From: Blastocatellia bacterium
Lineage (GTDB): Bacteria > Acidobacteriota > Blastocatellia > UBA7656
Length of the DNA stretch: 64,000 nucleotides
Direction: 5' to 3'
NCBI GenBank assembly: GCA_035607285.1
Contig: DATNBZ010000164.1
Coordinates: 28,142-92,141, forward strand
Below the pieces are notes generated by a model. It worked only from the letters and a program-made list of their open reading frames with translations. It was not told the origin of the DNA and searched no databases. A program made the translations under genes and the position numbers. Shown piece after piece: positions 8,691-18,637 of this stretch. Each line of letters begins with the position of its first letter. The first letter of the stretch is position 1.

Positions 8691-11600
8691 CTAGAAGCTC
8701 AACTTCAATCCAAACTGAATCACGCGCGCGGGCGCTGCGGTTTCAACCGCTGAGCCGAATCCTGGAGCTCCTATCGTTCTGATCGGCAGTCCGAAATTTG
8801 CGCGGTTCATTACATTGAAACTCTCAGCGCGGAAATCCAGCGCGTTCCTTTCGCTTAACTGGAAGCGCTTGCTAATCGCCACATCCAAATTGACAAAGCC
8901 ATCGCCGCGAACGGTGTTGCGGCCCACTGCCCCGTCGGCCCCAACCTCGAAGAAGGCTTCGGGCTGAACGCCCGGTGCAACTGCCACTCTGCGCGAGCCG
9001 TGCCCGCTGAAGAAGAGGAGTCCGTTAGTTGTGGAAGGGCGATCGCTGAGATTTCCATCGAGGTTCGCGTCAAATGGAACATTAAGCGTGAAGGGCTGAC
9101 CGGTGTGGGCTTGAAAGATTGAAGCTAGCTGCCATCCTGCGGCAAGCTTCTTCAGCCGGCCGGTCGAGTTGCTGAAGTACGGAAGATCCCAGACCAGCGA
9201 CGCCGCAAACCGATGACGAACGTCGAAGTTCGCGCTGGCTTTCTCGGCTCTGAGATCAAGCGAGTCCTGAGCCAGAACGGGCGCGCCGGCGATCGGAAAC
9301 ACATCCGACACATCGTCGATCGCGTGAGACCAGGTGTAGGCAGCGGTGAACTGGAAGCCTGTGCTGTAGCGCTTGCGCGCCTCGAGTTGCAGAGCGTGGT
9401 AGGTCGAGGCGGCCGAGTTCTCGAATATTTGATAGGCGCCCAGGTCCGGATTCGGCCGAAGCGCAAAGCTAAATCCTCCGGCCAGGCATGGATTGCAAGG
9501 CACAACAAATGAGCTGCCCACAAATGGACTGTATATGACTGGAAAAGCGAAGGGCTCTTGGCTGTTCGCGCCGGGTCTCGATCCGGCGAGCGGGATCGCC
9601 GGGGTGACGTTAACGCCGAGATTGGGCGTCGTCAGCCGCGTCAGCTTCGTTCCTTTTGTCCCGACGTAAGCCGCCGAGACAAAGTAGTCGTCGGCCAACT
9701 GGCGCTCGATCGTAAGGTGCCACTGCTGCGAGTAAGGCGTGCGAAGGTTCTTCTCCGGCAACGTGAACGCCAGTCCGCCAAATGGATTCTGCGAGAAGAG
9801 CTGACCGATCAGCGCGACAAAATCGGCGCGGCTTCCGCCGAACTGATTGCACGTCCCGAATCGATTGCACGTCCCAGGCTTGAGCAGGCTGACTGGGTTG
9901 GTAAAATTGCCATTTGCATCCATGACTATCTGGAGAAAGGCGGGGTTGTTGAGACTAAACAAGCTGAATTGGAGGAACGAGGGATCAACGTTGATCGGGA
10001 TCTCGCGTGAAAAGACGTTGCGCGATTGGCTGACCACCGCTCCCAGGATCGTATCGTAGTAAATCCCATATCCCGCGCGAACAGCCGTGTTGCCGCCGGG
10101 AGCCCATGCTGCGCCAACATGTGGTCCGAAGTTGTTATGGTCCGGCTCGTAGATTCCCGTACGGCCATCCAGAACCTTCTTATAGGCGCCAACCGAATCG
10201 TTAAACTTCTTCGAACGGTCGCTGCTGTCGAATCGTGACTCACCCGGTGTCGGCAGATCTGCCAGAGCCAATGCGTCCTCAATACGGTTGTGTGCGTCCC
10301 GGGGAACGGTGTTGTACTCGTAACGCAGACCGTAATCGATACTGAGGTTTGGTCGCACCCGCCAGGTGTCGTTAATAAAGAAATGATATTCGGTAGAGCG
10401 CAAACCAAGCGTAGAGTCGGGGGCGCCGCTTGTGATGGTCTGCAACACCGAAGAGGCAACACCCAGACTCGCCAACTCGACTCCGGGGATAGGCAACTTT
10501 TCTCCGACGGATTTGAACCCCAGCAAGCCGAAGCTGTCGTAGCCGATATCACCGAACATCAAGAGCCCTCCGCTGTAGACAACCTGCGGCCGGTAAAGCC
10601 GATCCAGCAGGCTGTTCAGTTGATACCGGCGAACATTGCCGCCGAACTTTAACAGGTGCTCGCCGGCTGCGAGCGACATGGTGTCGGCATATTGAAATGT
10701 GTTGCTCGCGCGGCTCTGCGGAAAGGTAAAGGCGCCGACGCCGACCGGGCTGAACGGCTCGATAAGCAGCTCGCCTATCGGTCCTGTTTGCGAAGTGAAT
10801 GGCACAGTTGACCCGCCGCGTCCAACTGTGCCGGTGGAACTCCTGGAAAAAATAAACGGATTGTCCGGATAGTCCGAGAAACTCAGGCTCGTGCGCCCAA
10901 ATGAGAAACGCGCCAGATTGTAGAGCCGCGGGCTCAGTGTACTGTTAAGCATCAACGACAGGTTATGCGACCGCGTCCCAGACTCGAGCGTGGAGCGAAT
11001 CGCACGATTGACGCTGGGCAATATGCGGTCATCGTCCGTGAAGTTGTATCGCGCATCCAATGTGTGCATCTCCGCTAACCGATGCGTCATCCGGAAGGAA
11101 AGCAGATTGCCCAGGCCATCGGCGGCCAGCAACTCGGTGAAGGTATTCGCTCCGAACGGGCCGCCGGCATTGTTGGGCGCCGGATAGAGCGAGAGGATGT
11201 TGTCACCCAGCGGCGTGGTGCGCCGGAATGGTCCGATTACCGGTCCGTCGAGAGATCCCAGACTCCCGAATTGGTCTACCGACGAAAACCTTCGCTCGGC
11301 AAGCGTCGGAGTTGCAAAGTGCTGTTCGGCTGACGCGTTGATCTTTTGGTGTTCGTAGCTGCCAAAGAACTGAGTGCGGGCGCCGGCAACGGGTCCTGAG
11401 ATCACGAACCCCGCTTGCGTGTGAGTGAACGGATCCTTTCGTCGGGCGAAAGCGTCTCGCGCGTTCAAGCGGGAGTCAGTTAAGAATCCGAACGCTTGAC
11501 CGTGATACTTATTGGGCCCGTACTTCGACACCGCATTAACCTGAGAGCCGAAGTTGCGCCCAAGCTCCGCATCCCACAAAAGGGTCGAAATTGAAACTTC

Positions 11601-12686
11601 CATTACCGACTCGATGGGCTGCGGCACCAGCGCGACAAAGCCTTGCCGCCGCACGCCAACATCCGGATCGTTGTTGTCCGACCCATCCACCGAAAAATTG
11701 TTGGAACGCGCGCGCATTCCGTTCACCGAGAACTGCCCGGCCGTACCGATGCCAAAGCCGACGCCGGGCCCGTGCACTCCCGGCGTGAACGGAGGCGGAG
11801 CGACGCCGGCCGCCAGCAGCGCAAGGTCGTCAAACGTGCGCATGTAAGTCGAGCCTCCCAGCGGCAACGACTCGATCTGGTGTTGGGTGAAGTTGGTCGT
11901 TCGAGCGGCGTCGAATGGGTGAATGAGTGCGCCGTATTTGCTTTCCTCCAGGACCGAAGCTGAAGGTTGCGGCTGAGGCTGAGGCGGATTCTGCGCGCTA
12001 TTGACGGCATCGACAATGATCGTAATTGTGGGCGCCCATATTTCTCTTCGATCGAGTGCGACTACAACGCTTTCGCCAGGCGAGGCTCCGCAGCCCTGAT
12101 GCGAGGCCGTATTCGAAGCTGGATACGAAGCAGTGACAATGTAGTTGCCGGTGGAAAGATCAGAGATGGAATAGTCGCCATACTGATTGGTGGAAGCCGC
12201 GCGACTGGCGCCGTCGCTTTGATTTGTTACGACAACCTGCGCATCGAGCAGAGGAGTATTGCTCCGATCCAGGACCTTCCCACCGAGCGTGACGGTGTGC
12301 AGCGTAAGCTTGGGCAATTCGACCGCGTTCTTCTGATTGAACTGCACTGCGAAGCGAGGGATCGAGTCGTCGACGAAGCCCTTCTTGTGAGCAGTCAGCT
12401 TGTAAAAACCCTGTGGCAGGTTCGGAATTCGATAGGTCCCACTCTCACTTGCGCTCGCGATTTGCTGATACCCGTTAATAGAGTTCTCCGCAATCACCAG
12501 CGCTTTCGGCACTCCTTTGCCCGAGTTGTCGCGGACGATACCGACAACAGTCCCCGAAGTCGTCTGGGCGAAAGCGGGCCGAACCGGGAACAGGCTCAAG
12601 AGCAGAAGAAGAACGCTCCCGATGACGCGAGGTTCCTTAATTGACATGGCCTGGTGACATCTCATGAGAAACTCCCTCGAAGCCAC
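8691..12686 (-). CDS. TonB-dependent-receptor-like outer-membrane protein with tandem CarbopepD_reg domains (paralog of 4623-7946 and 37187-40192).
   Basis: 1331 aa. The signal peptide is probably MSIKEPRVIGSVLLLLLSLFPVRPAFA (true start near 12647). GTYRIPNLPQGFYKLTA and GNYIVTAS are CarbopepD_reg-like. The C-terminal barrel ends ...FGLKLSF. Confidence 0.8.
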   Translation of the reverse strand: MASREFLMRCHQAMSIKEPRVIGSVLLLLLSLFPVRPAFAQTTSGTVVGIVRDNSGKGVPKALVIAENSINGYQQIASASESGTYRIPNLPQGFYKLTAHKKGFVDDSIPRFAVQFNQKNAVELPKLTLHTVTLGGKVLDRSNTPLLDAQVVVTNQSDGASRAASTNQYGDYSISDLSTGNYIVTASYPASNTASHQGCGASPGESVVVALDRREIWAPTITIIVDAVNSAQNPPQPQPQPSASVLEESKYGALIHPFDAARTTNFTQHQIESLPLGGSTYMRTFDDLALLAAGVAPPPFTPGVHGPGVGFGIGTAGQFSVNGMRARSNNFSVDGSDNNDPDVGVRRQGFVALVPQPIESVMEVSISTLLWDAELGRNFGSQVNAVSKYGPNKYHGQAFGFLTDSRLNARDAFARRKDPFTHTQAGFVISGPVAGARTQFFGSYEHQKINASAEQHFATPTLAERRFSSVDQFGSLGSLDGPVIGPFRRTTPLGDNILSLYPAPNNAGGPFGANTFTELLAADGLGNLLSFRMTHRLAEMHTLDARYNFTDDDRILPSVNRAIRSTLESGTRSHNLSLMLNSTLSPRLYNLARFSFGRTSLSFSDYPDNPFIFSRSSTGTVGRGGSTVPFTSQTGPIGELLIEPFSPVGVGAFTFPQSRASNTFQYADTMSLAAGEHLLKFGGNVRRYQLNSLLDRLYRPQVVYSGGLLMFGDIGYDSFGLLGFKSVGEKLPIPGVELASLGVASSVLQTITSGAPDSTLGLRSTEYHFFINDTWRVRPNLSIDYGLRYEYNTVPRDAHNRIEDALALADLPTPGESRFDSSDRSKKFNDSVGAYKKVLDGRTGIYEPDHNNFGPHVGAAWAPGGNTAVRAGYGIYYDTILGAVVSQSRNVFSREIPINVDPSFLQFSLFSLNNPAFLQIVMDANGNFTNPVSLLKPGTCNRFGTCNQFGGSRADFVALIGQLFSQNPFGGLAFTLPEKNLRTPYSQQWHLTIERQLADDYFVSAAYVGTKGTKLTRLTTPNLGVNVTPAIPLAGSRPGANSQEPFAFPVIYSPFVGSSFVVPCNPCLAGGFSFALRPNPDLGAYQIFENSAASTYHALQLEARKRYSTGFQFTAAYTWSHAIDDVSDVFPIAGAPVLAQDSLDLRAEKASANFDVRHRFAASLVWDLPYFSNSTGRLKKLAAGWQLASIFQAHTGQPFTLNVPFDANLDGNLSDRPSTTNGLLFFSGHGSRRVAVAPGVQPEAFFEVGADGAVGRNTVRGDGFVNLDVAISKRFQLSERNALDFRAESFNVMNRANFGLPIRTIGAPGFGSAVETAAPARVIQFGLKLSF

Positions 12687-12720
12687 GAAGCTGGGCTTCT
12701 CCGAGACACGTCGAACATGA

Positions 12721-15700
12721 CTATCTCCTGAAAGGGACTACCGTCTGGGTTCCATCACCGTTCGTAAATTTGATCTGCACGACCTTGCCCGGGGGCACGG
12801 CTTCTTCGATGCTCTTTCCATTTGTGAGCTTGCCGCTCTGCTTAACCCGAGTGCCTCGCTTGAGTTTTGCGTATTCCGAGAATTCGACGTCGTCTATTGC
12901 CAGTTTGACTCTATCGATGAAACCGAACCCCGTCGCAACTATGTTCGACGATACCGAAATGCTTCGGACCACGCCGCTCCCCACACAAGGTGAGAGTTCG
13001 GAGGTATTGTCATCCTGGTCGGTCGCAGTCGCGTTGATAAAGCCAGTGGGAGAAGTGTTCGGAATAACGAAGTTGATGAACGCGGCGCCTTTACTATCGG
13101 TGGTAACCGCTACAGAGCCGACGAAGACGCGGGCCTGATGGCAATCCGAGTCGGCAGTGTTCGAATACAACTCGATTCTGAAAGTCTTATTAGGCGCGCT
13201 GTTCTTTAGAACGCCTTGAATTGTATTGCCGTCGCCAGTCCGTGCGGTCAGCTCTGGAAAGTTCTGGCCGTTATTGGCTTCGGGCGGATCGCCAGGCCCC
13301 CTGACATGATTGGAGCTCTGACCGTCGTCGTTCAGATCAATTCCAATGTCGCCGTTAGAGAAGATGCTATTTTGTGAAATCATGATCCTAAAGCCTGGCG
13401 TCAATTCCTTTCCCTCGGCGGCGCCCAGCACTTCGGGATCGGGATTTTTTGGAATGACAATCCCTTTCTTCTTGTTGAATGCGATGACGTTGTTCTTGAT
13501 CGTGTGGGTCAGAGAATTGTTTTCAACGTAGATTCCGTGAAACACGTTTCCCAGGTCTTTGACGCCGCTAAGGTCGGCGCCGATCTTGTTGTCTTCAACC
13601 ACGGTCCCACTTCCACCAAAAAGCGGCACGCCAGTATCCGGGTCAAGGAAAAATCCGCCGATTGAGACACCGTTTTGGCCGTTCGCCGATATGACGTTGT
13701 TCTTAATCATCGAAGGGTTGCCGGCATCTGAGATAATCACTCCATTCCTGACATTGCCCAAGGCGGCGGCGCCTGACGAATCGGTGCCGATGAGATTACC
13801 CTGCACTATGTTGTCTGATCTCGGAGCGGAGCCCTCGGAACCGATGACCACGCCATTGTGCAGATTACCTGAGATGACGTTAGCGGCCCCGGCTGTCGCT
13901 CCTCCAATCGTGTTCGCGGCGGCGCCCAGGTTTATCAACACACCTTCGGATGCGTTACCAATCGCGCTAGTGCCATCGAAGTTAGTGCCCAGATAATTTC
14001 CCTGGATGAGATTGCCGGTCGCTTGCACTAGACTGCCGGGCTCCAGAGGGCCGGTAATCGCCAATCCCAGGTGGTTGCCGGAGATGAGATTCCGCGCGCC
14101 AGGCTGCATTCCACCGATAGTGTTATCGGGCTGGTCGAATATAAATATCCCTTCATTGGAATTGCCGAGCGGTGCGCTTCCGGTGAAGTCCGTGCCAATG
14201 TAGTTTCCCTGCACCAGGTTTGACGTGGAGCCATCGACAAGAATGCGAATGCCCTGCCCGTTGCCTGAAATTACGTTGCGGGCGCTTGAGTGCGTCCCCC
14301 CGATCAAGTTGCTATTCGAGCCGAAAAAGCCGGAACCGAATATCCCTATGTTAATGCCGCGAGGCTGTGGGGCTCCAGGCGCTGTACCGCTTATGTCGGT
14401 ACCGATGAAGTTGCCTTCGATAACGTTATGACCGGTGGGTGATTGATCAGTTCCGGATAGTTGTATCCCGGCAATATTGAAGCTATTGATCACCAGGCCT
14501 CGCACGACGCTGTTGCCACCTATGATTGTGAGCCCGGCGCCCTGCATGACGCTTACCTCGCCGCCGTTCAGTTCGACAACCGGCTTGCCTTGAAAGCCCG
14601 GCTGGGTGAAGCCATCGATGGTTACAGGCTCAGTGATGTCGGGCAGAAGCGTTGTGGGAGTGATTGTGAGCGCCGTCCCCTGAATATTGAAAACAATCGT
14701 GTCGGCGCCCGCGTTGGCGTTGGCATCGGTGATCGCTTGCCTTAAGGAGCCGGGGCCGCCGTCGTCCGTGTTGGTAACGATGAAGGTATTGGCAGCGGCC
14801 GTGTTCACAACCGTCGGCGCGCTGTTGCCCCTTCGGAGAATCACCAGGTCGCTCAAGGCGTCTTCATTCAACCGCATCGCCAGCGCGGCTACCGGCTGGC
14901 CTTCCACGCCCAACGACGTCATCTCGCGGCGGAAGCCCGACCGAGCGTCTGGCTGCGCTTCTGGCTGCATGGATTCACCCGTTGCGATTTGCATTTGACC
15001 CGCGGCTGAATCGGCTACTACCAAATCGTCAGTCGGAAAGCTGGACAAACGCGCCGCGAGCAACTGACATTGCGAATGAGAGACGTCGCGACCGCTCGGG
15101 CCGGGAAGCGAGCAGGCGTTAAGCTCGATCCAACTCGTTGCTTTCTTCTGCTCCTGCACTGAAGCCTGCGCGCTTGCGTCAGCGCTTCTCAAAAGATGGA
15201 CCACTCCATCGGCAGATAGCAAAGCGATACTCGAAGCGTGATTCGCGGTGAAGTCGCCGATAGCAAGCGACTTGATTGCGAATGGAAAAGAGCGGCGACT
15301 GATGATCGCTGGAGGCGCGGGCCCGCGCCGCAGCTCGGCAACTGCCTCGCTTCTGTCGCGCCCGTGCACGACAATCAACTCGTTGCCTGCTCCGACAGCG
15401 ATGTCTATCGGGTAAGAATCGTCAAGCCGGCCCAGTGCCAGGGCGGTCGCTTCGGCAGGCAGATCGAAGATCTCGGGCTTGGCTTTGAGTGCTCCTTGCG
15501 ATCCTTCAAACACCATTAGCTTCGGCCCACCTCGCCCGTTGACCGCGACTATCACATCTTCCAATCCGTCGCGTCTGTTTATGTCTCCGGTGACCAGAGC
15601 AGTTACTGCTCCGAACATATCTAAAGACTTCGCTGGTGCGAACCCTCCCCGTCCGTCTCCCGATAACAAGTAAAGTTTGTCGCCGCCGCGAGCTGCAGCG

Positions 15701-16269
15701 ACGATGTCTGAATGGCCATCCGCGTCGAAGTCGCCGGCGCCAATGAACTCTGCAGGCGCAGGCACGGCGAAGACAAACGCAGGCGATAGAAACGGCGCGT
15801 CCGTGAATTCGCCTGTTGACTTGCGTCGCTTTGCATCGAGACTGTCGGGATAGATCGAATCCACGTTGCCTCGAAGCAGAGTGATAATTCCTGAGCCTGC
15901 GTGACCGTAACCGCCGATCAGATCCGGGACTCCGTCTCCATCGAAATCAGCAGAAGCGAGCGCCAGTGCTTCAGCCTCATTGCGCTGTAAAGCTTGCGCA
16001 AGCGCAGATGAGCCTGAGTAAGAAGTAAGAACGTCCCGGCCATCACTAAGGTTGATAGACGGATTTCCATGTCCGCCGGCGTGTACAGATATGGTCTGAC
16101 TAAGGCTTGCACGTGGTATCGCCGAAGCCTTGCCTGAACGGGCGAATTGAACCACTCCCCACCCAATCGCTATCAGCACAACCATTGAAACCACTCGCGA
16201 CAGCTTCATCAGCGCGATTGTGAGTGGCAGCGGACCTTGCTGGTTTTGACTTTTCGCCCGTGAGCGCAT
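12721..16269 (-). CDS. Large secreted/surface protein with FG-GAP/VCBS-like repeats, a right-handed parallel beta-helix repeat region, and a C-terminal Ig-like domain.
   Basis: [12 protein letters not shown] and [12 protein letters not shown] (FG-GAP) are followed by many NxVISxNxxxGIxI / GNxIGTD repeats (beta-helix). The likely start is MRSRAK with RBS aggag (16269). The track ORF extends to 16329. Confidence 0.75.
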   Translation of the reverse strand: MRSRAKSQNQQGPLPLTIALMKLSRVVSMVVLIAIGWGVVQFARSGKASAIPRASLSQTISVHAGGHGNPSINLSDGRDVLTSYSGSSALAQALQRNEAEALALASADFDGDGVPDLIGGYGHAGSGIITLLRGNVDSIYPDSLDAKRRKSTGEFTDAPFLSPAFVFAVPAPAEFIGAGDFDADGHSDIVAAARGGDKLYLLSGDGRGGFAPAKSLDMFGAVTALVTGDINRRDGLEDVIVAVNGRGGPKLMVFEGSQGALKAKPEIFDLPAEATALALGRLDDSYPIDIAVGAGNELIVVHGRDRSEAVAELRRGPAPPAIISRRSFPFAIKSLAIGDFTANHASSIALLSADGVVHLLRSADASAQASVQEQKKATSWIELNACSLPGPSGRDVSHSQCQLLAARLSSFPTDDLVVADSAAGQMQIATGESMQPEAQPDARSGFRREMTSLGVEGQPVAALAMRLNEDALSDLVILRRGNSAPTVVNTAAANTFIVTNTDDGGPGSLRQAITDANANAGADTIVFNIQGTALTITPTTLLPDITEPVTIDGFTQPGFQGKPVVELNGGEVSVMQGAGLTIIGGNSVVRGLVINSFNIAGIQLSGTDQSPTGHNVIEGNFIGTDISGTAPGAPQPRGINIGIFGSGFFGSNSNLIGGTHSSARNVISGNGQGIRILVDGSTSNLVQGNYIGTDFTGSAPLGNSNEGIFIFDQPDNTIGGMQPGARNLISGNHLGLAITGPLEPGSLVQATGNLIQGNYLGTNFDGTSAIGNASEGVLINLGAAANTIGGATAGAANVISGNLHNGVVIGSEGSAPRSDNIVQGNLIGTDSSGAAALGNVRNGVIISDAGNPSMIKNNVISANGQNGVSIGGFFLDPDTGVPLFGGSGTVVEDNKIGADLSGVKDLGNVFHGIYVENNSLTHTIKNNVIAFNKKKGIVIPKNPDPEVLGAAEGKELTPGFRIMISQNSIFSNGDIGIDLNDDGQSSNHVRGPGDPPEANNGQNFPELTARTGDGNTIQGVLKNSAPNKTFRIELYSNTADSDCHQARVFVGSVAVTTDSKGAAFINFVIPNTSPTGFINATATDQDDNTSELSPCVGSGVVRSISVSSNIVATGFGFIDRVKLAIDDVEFSEYAKLKRGTRVKQSGKLTNGKSIEEAVPPGKVVQIKFTNGDGTQTVVPFRR

Positions 16270-16571
16270 GGCATTTCTCCTGTCGCCAAACAGGTTCCCT
16301 GAGACCCTGGCCTTCGGCATGAGTTCCACCTCGTCTACCAGCGCTTCAGCCTGTGTATCGCCGGGAAAGATGGCGCGCGAAACACTGCATTTGGACCGCT
16401 GCGACTCGCTGGCAGAAGCTGCGGGCTCGGGCCTGCCTAACTGCTTATTCTGCTTATCCTTTGTTATTCTACGGCGTCTGAGTGGAGCAGCCGGGCCACG
16501 CAGTTTAGAAGAGCCTGTATTGACGGACGGTATGATATATCAGCGATTGTCCGGGTGCAATACCCATTACA

Positions 16572-17993
16572 TCAATCAGGCGTCGTCACGTTCGGCGGTC
16601 TAACGAAAAGGCCCCAGACCACAAACTTCTCGGCGCCCAGGGTTCGGAACCCGATGCTGCCGGTGTGATATGTATCATCGCGGAGCTGTCCCAACGGCTT
16701 CTTCACACCGGGGTCTTCGTCGTCAAGATTGTCCGACGTAATCGTTTGGGTGATTAGATCGTTCGTCACATTAATATCGATATGATATTGGCCGCCGGCC
16801 TTGAGGGTCACAACCAGATTGTCGGCCTTTTTCTGAAGCTGCTTGCCGTCCCGAACCAGATATGTAAAGAAGGCGTTCTTATCATTCATCCCGCCCGGAC
16901 CCGAGAGGTAGAAGAGGTAATAGTTGTTGGGATCCTTGACGCGCAAAGCCCAGGCCGCTCCGCCATCGTTTATGAGCGTCAGATGAAACGACATATCGAA
17001 GTCCCCGACATTGACTTCGCGGGCGTAGCCTAAGATGGGCTCATTCTCGATCTGAAGTCTCTGCTTCGCAAAGCTCCACGATGAAGGCGCCTTCCACTGA
17101 TCCAGGCTCGTGAAGATCTCCGCGAATTCAGTTGTAGTAAGCGGCTTCTCAGCGGAAGGCGCAGGAGCAGGAGCAGGATTGGAAGTTAGAATCATGAAGC
17201 CGGCGATCCCCGCAACAGCGGCCAATACCGAGAGCACTGCGATTACCATGATTCTCTTTTTGCTTGTCGTCGCAGCAACCCGAGCCGCCGCCGCGGATAA
17301 AACGGGCGCCGCCGTGGCAACACCAACTGCCGCGGCGCTGGTTGTTGGCAGCGTGGCCGGGAACTCACAAGGCCGCTCGGGATTGCCCACTTCGCCTGTC
17401 CACAGGTTGAACAACTGAAGCCGCGCGCCGGGCGTCAACTCTCGCTCGCCGAGATCGTAAAGACACTTTGACCAGGTCCCAAGATGGTTCAACGTATCGG
17501 CGACGGATTTGGAGACAAGGATGTGACCGGCATCGCCGATCTCCATGATTCGCTGCGCGGTCTTGATTCCCTCACCCGATACGCTAGACCGGGCGTCGAT
17601 ACTGGTCATCCGGTAAACCGGCCCGCTGTGGATTCCGATTCGAACCTTCATCTCCGGATAGCTCTGAAGCGCGCGGCCAATTTCTGTTGCGCAGCGGGCC
17701 GGCGCAACCGGGTCCCCGAAAAACACAAGCGTCATGCCTTCATCGCCGGGCACGCTGATCAGTTGATCGCTTGATTGCCAGCGTCGAAACTCGACCGTCT
17801 CCGAGACAATTCTCATCAACCGTCCGAGAAGTCGGGTCTGTTGATCCATCGGCAGCTTTGAATAATCGACGATCTCGATCGACATCACGTGTGCGATCTC
17901 GAGCGCCGAGAGCGGCTGACTTTGCACCGGAGTTTGGGCTATTGCGGTCTGTCCGGCCGGCTCGCGCGGGCTCGGGTAAGCCGCGCTGGACAT
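16572..17993 (-). CDS. Membrane protein with an N-terminal cytoplasmic class-III nucleotidyl-cyclase homology domain (CHD) bearing non-canonical substitutions, one TM helix, and a C-terminal extracytoplasmic concanavalin/LamG-like jelly-roll domain.
   Basis: MSIEIVDYSKL...VPGDEGMTLVFFG...KVRIGIHSGPVYRM...GEGIKTAQRIMEIGDAGHILVS aligns with the adenylate/guanylate-cyclase CHD fold. It is followed by a Pro/Ala linker, the TM segment IMVIAVLSVLAAVAGIAGFMIL, and a WALRVKDPNNYYLFYL jelly-roll-like domain. Confidence 0.65.
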   Translation of the reverse strand: MSSAAYPSPREPAGQTAIAQTPVQSQPLSALEIAHVMSIEIVDYSKLPMDQQTRLLGRLMRIVSETVEFRRWQSSDQLISVPGDEGMTLVFFGDPVAPARCATEIGRALQSYPEMKVRIGIHSGPVYRMTSIDARSSVSGEGIKTAQRIMEIGDAGHILVSKSVADTLNHLGTWSKCLYDLGERELTPGARLQLFNLWTGEVGNPERPCEFPATLPTTSAAAVGVATAAPVLSAAAARVAATTSKKRIMVIAVLSVLAAVAGIAGFMILTSNPAPAPAPSAEKPLTTTEFAEIFTSLDQWKAPSSWSFAKQRLQIENEPILGYAREVNVGDFDMSFHLTLINDGGAAWALRVKDPNNYYLFYLSGPGGMNDKNAFFTYLVRDGKQLQKKADNLVVTLKAGGQYHIDINVTNDLITQTITSDNLDDEDPGVKKPLGQLRDDTYHTGSIGFRTLGAEKFVVWGLFVRPPNVTTPD

Positions 17994-18064
17994 TCGCGGG
18001 CCAACAATCTTTCCAGCCTTTGAACGACCCGCCGCACCCGGCTCGATTTCGTGCGGCGGGCCGG

Positions 18065-18520
18065 CTAAGGGTTTGCCGCCGCCTTGATCTTTCGCGCGAT
18101 GCTGACCAGCTCTTTGTTCAAGTCAGCGCCCTTCAGGCTGTCAAGAGGACGCGTCGGATCGTTTGCCGCCTGATACTTCGCAATGTCGGTCTCCTCATAC
18201 AGGCTCGCGCTGACCGCCACCCAGATGATCGTTGCCCCTTGCTGCTCCGCTGCTTCAAGAAGCGGCGGCAGCTCCTGCTCGACTATAAAATCGGAGGCGA
18301 GAAAATGCTGGCTGACCAGAAGCACCGCAACATTAGCCGAGGCGAGAGCCTTTTCGATCTCGTCTTTCCACTTCTCGCCGGTTCGGATTTGAGTGTCTGC
18401 CCAGACGTTGACGGTTCCCTGTCGCACGAGCGGAATCAAGGTGGTCTGGAGTCTTTCCAGCCATTTCTTGTCCTTGTGACTGTAGCTGATGAAGACCTGA
18501 TCGCGGGCCTGCTCAGGCAT
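18065..18520 (-). CDS. Stand-alone TIR-domain protein (about 150 aa).
   Basis: [16 protein letters not shown]...[14 protein letters not shown]...[21 protein letters not shown] is a canonical bacterial TIR (flavodoxin-like). The likely start is MPEQARDQ with RBS gaggt. The track ORF extends to 18622. Confidence 0.85.
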   Translation of the reverse strand: MPEQARDQVFISYSHKDKKWLERLQTTLIPLVRQGTVNVWADTQIRTGEKWKDEIEKALASANVAVLLVSQHFLASDFIVEQELPPLLEAAEQQGATIIWVAVSASLYEETDIAKYQAANDPTRPLDSLKGADLNKELVSIARKIKAAANP

Positions 18521-18637
18521 TTTTGTTACCTCTAGGCCGCGGATTGTACAGTCCAGGGTTAACCTGTGCAAGCATCGGCGTCTTGCGTTTTCGCGACCTG
18601 GTGAGATGCATAGCTTTCCCAATGCCTTTCACAACAT

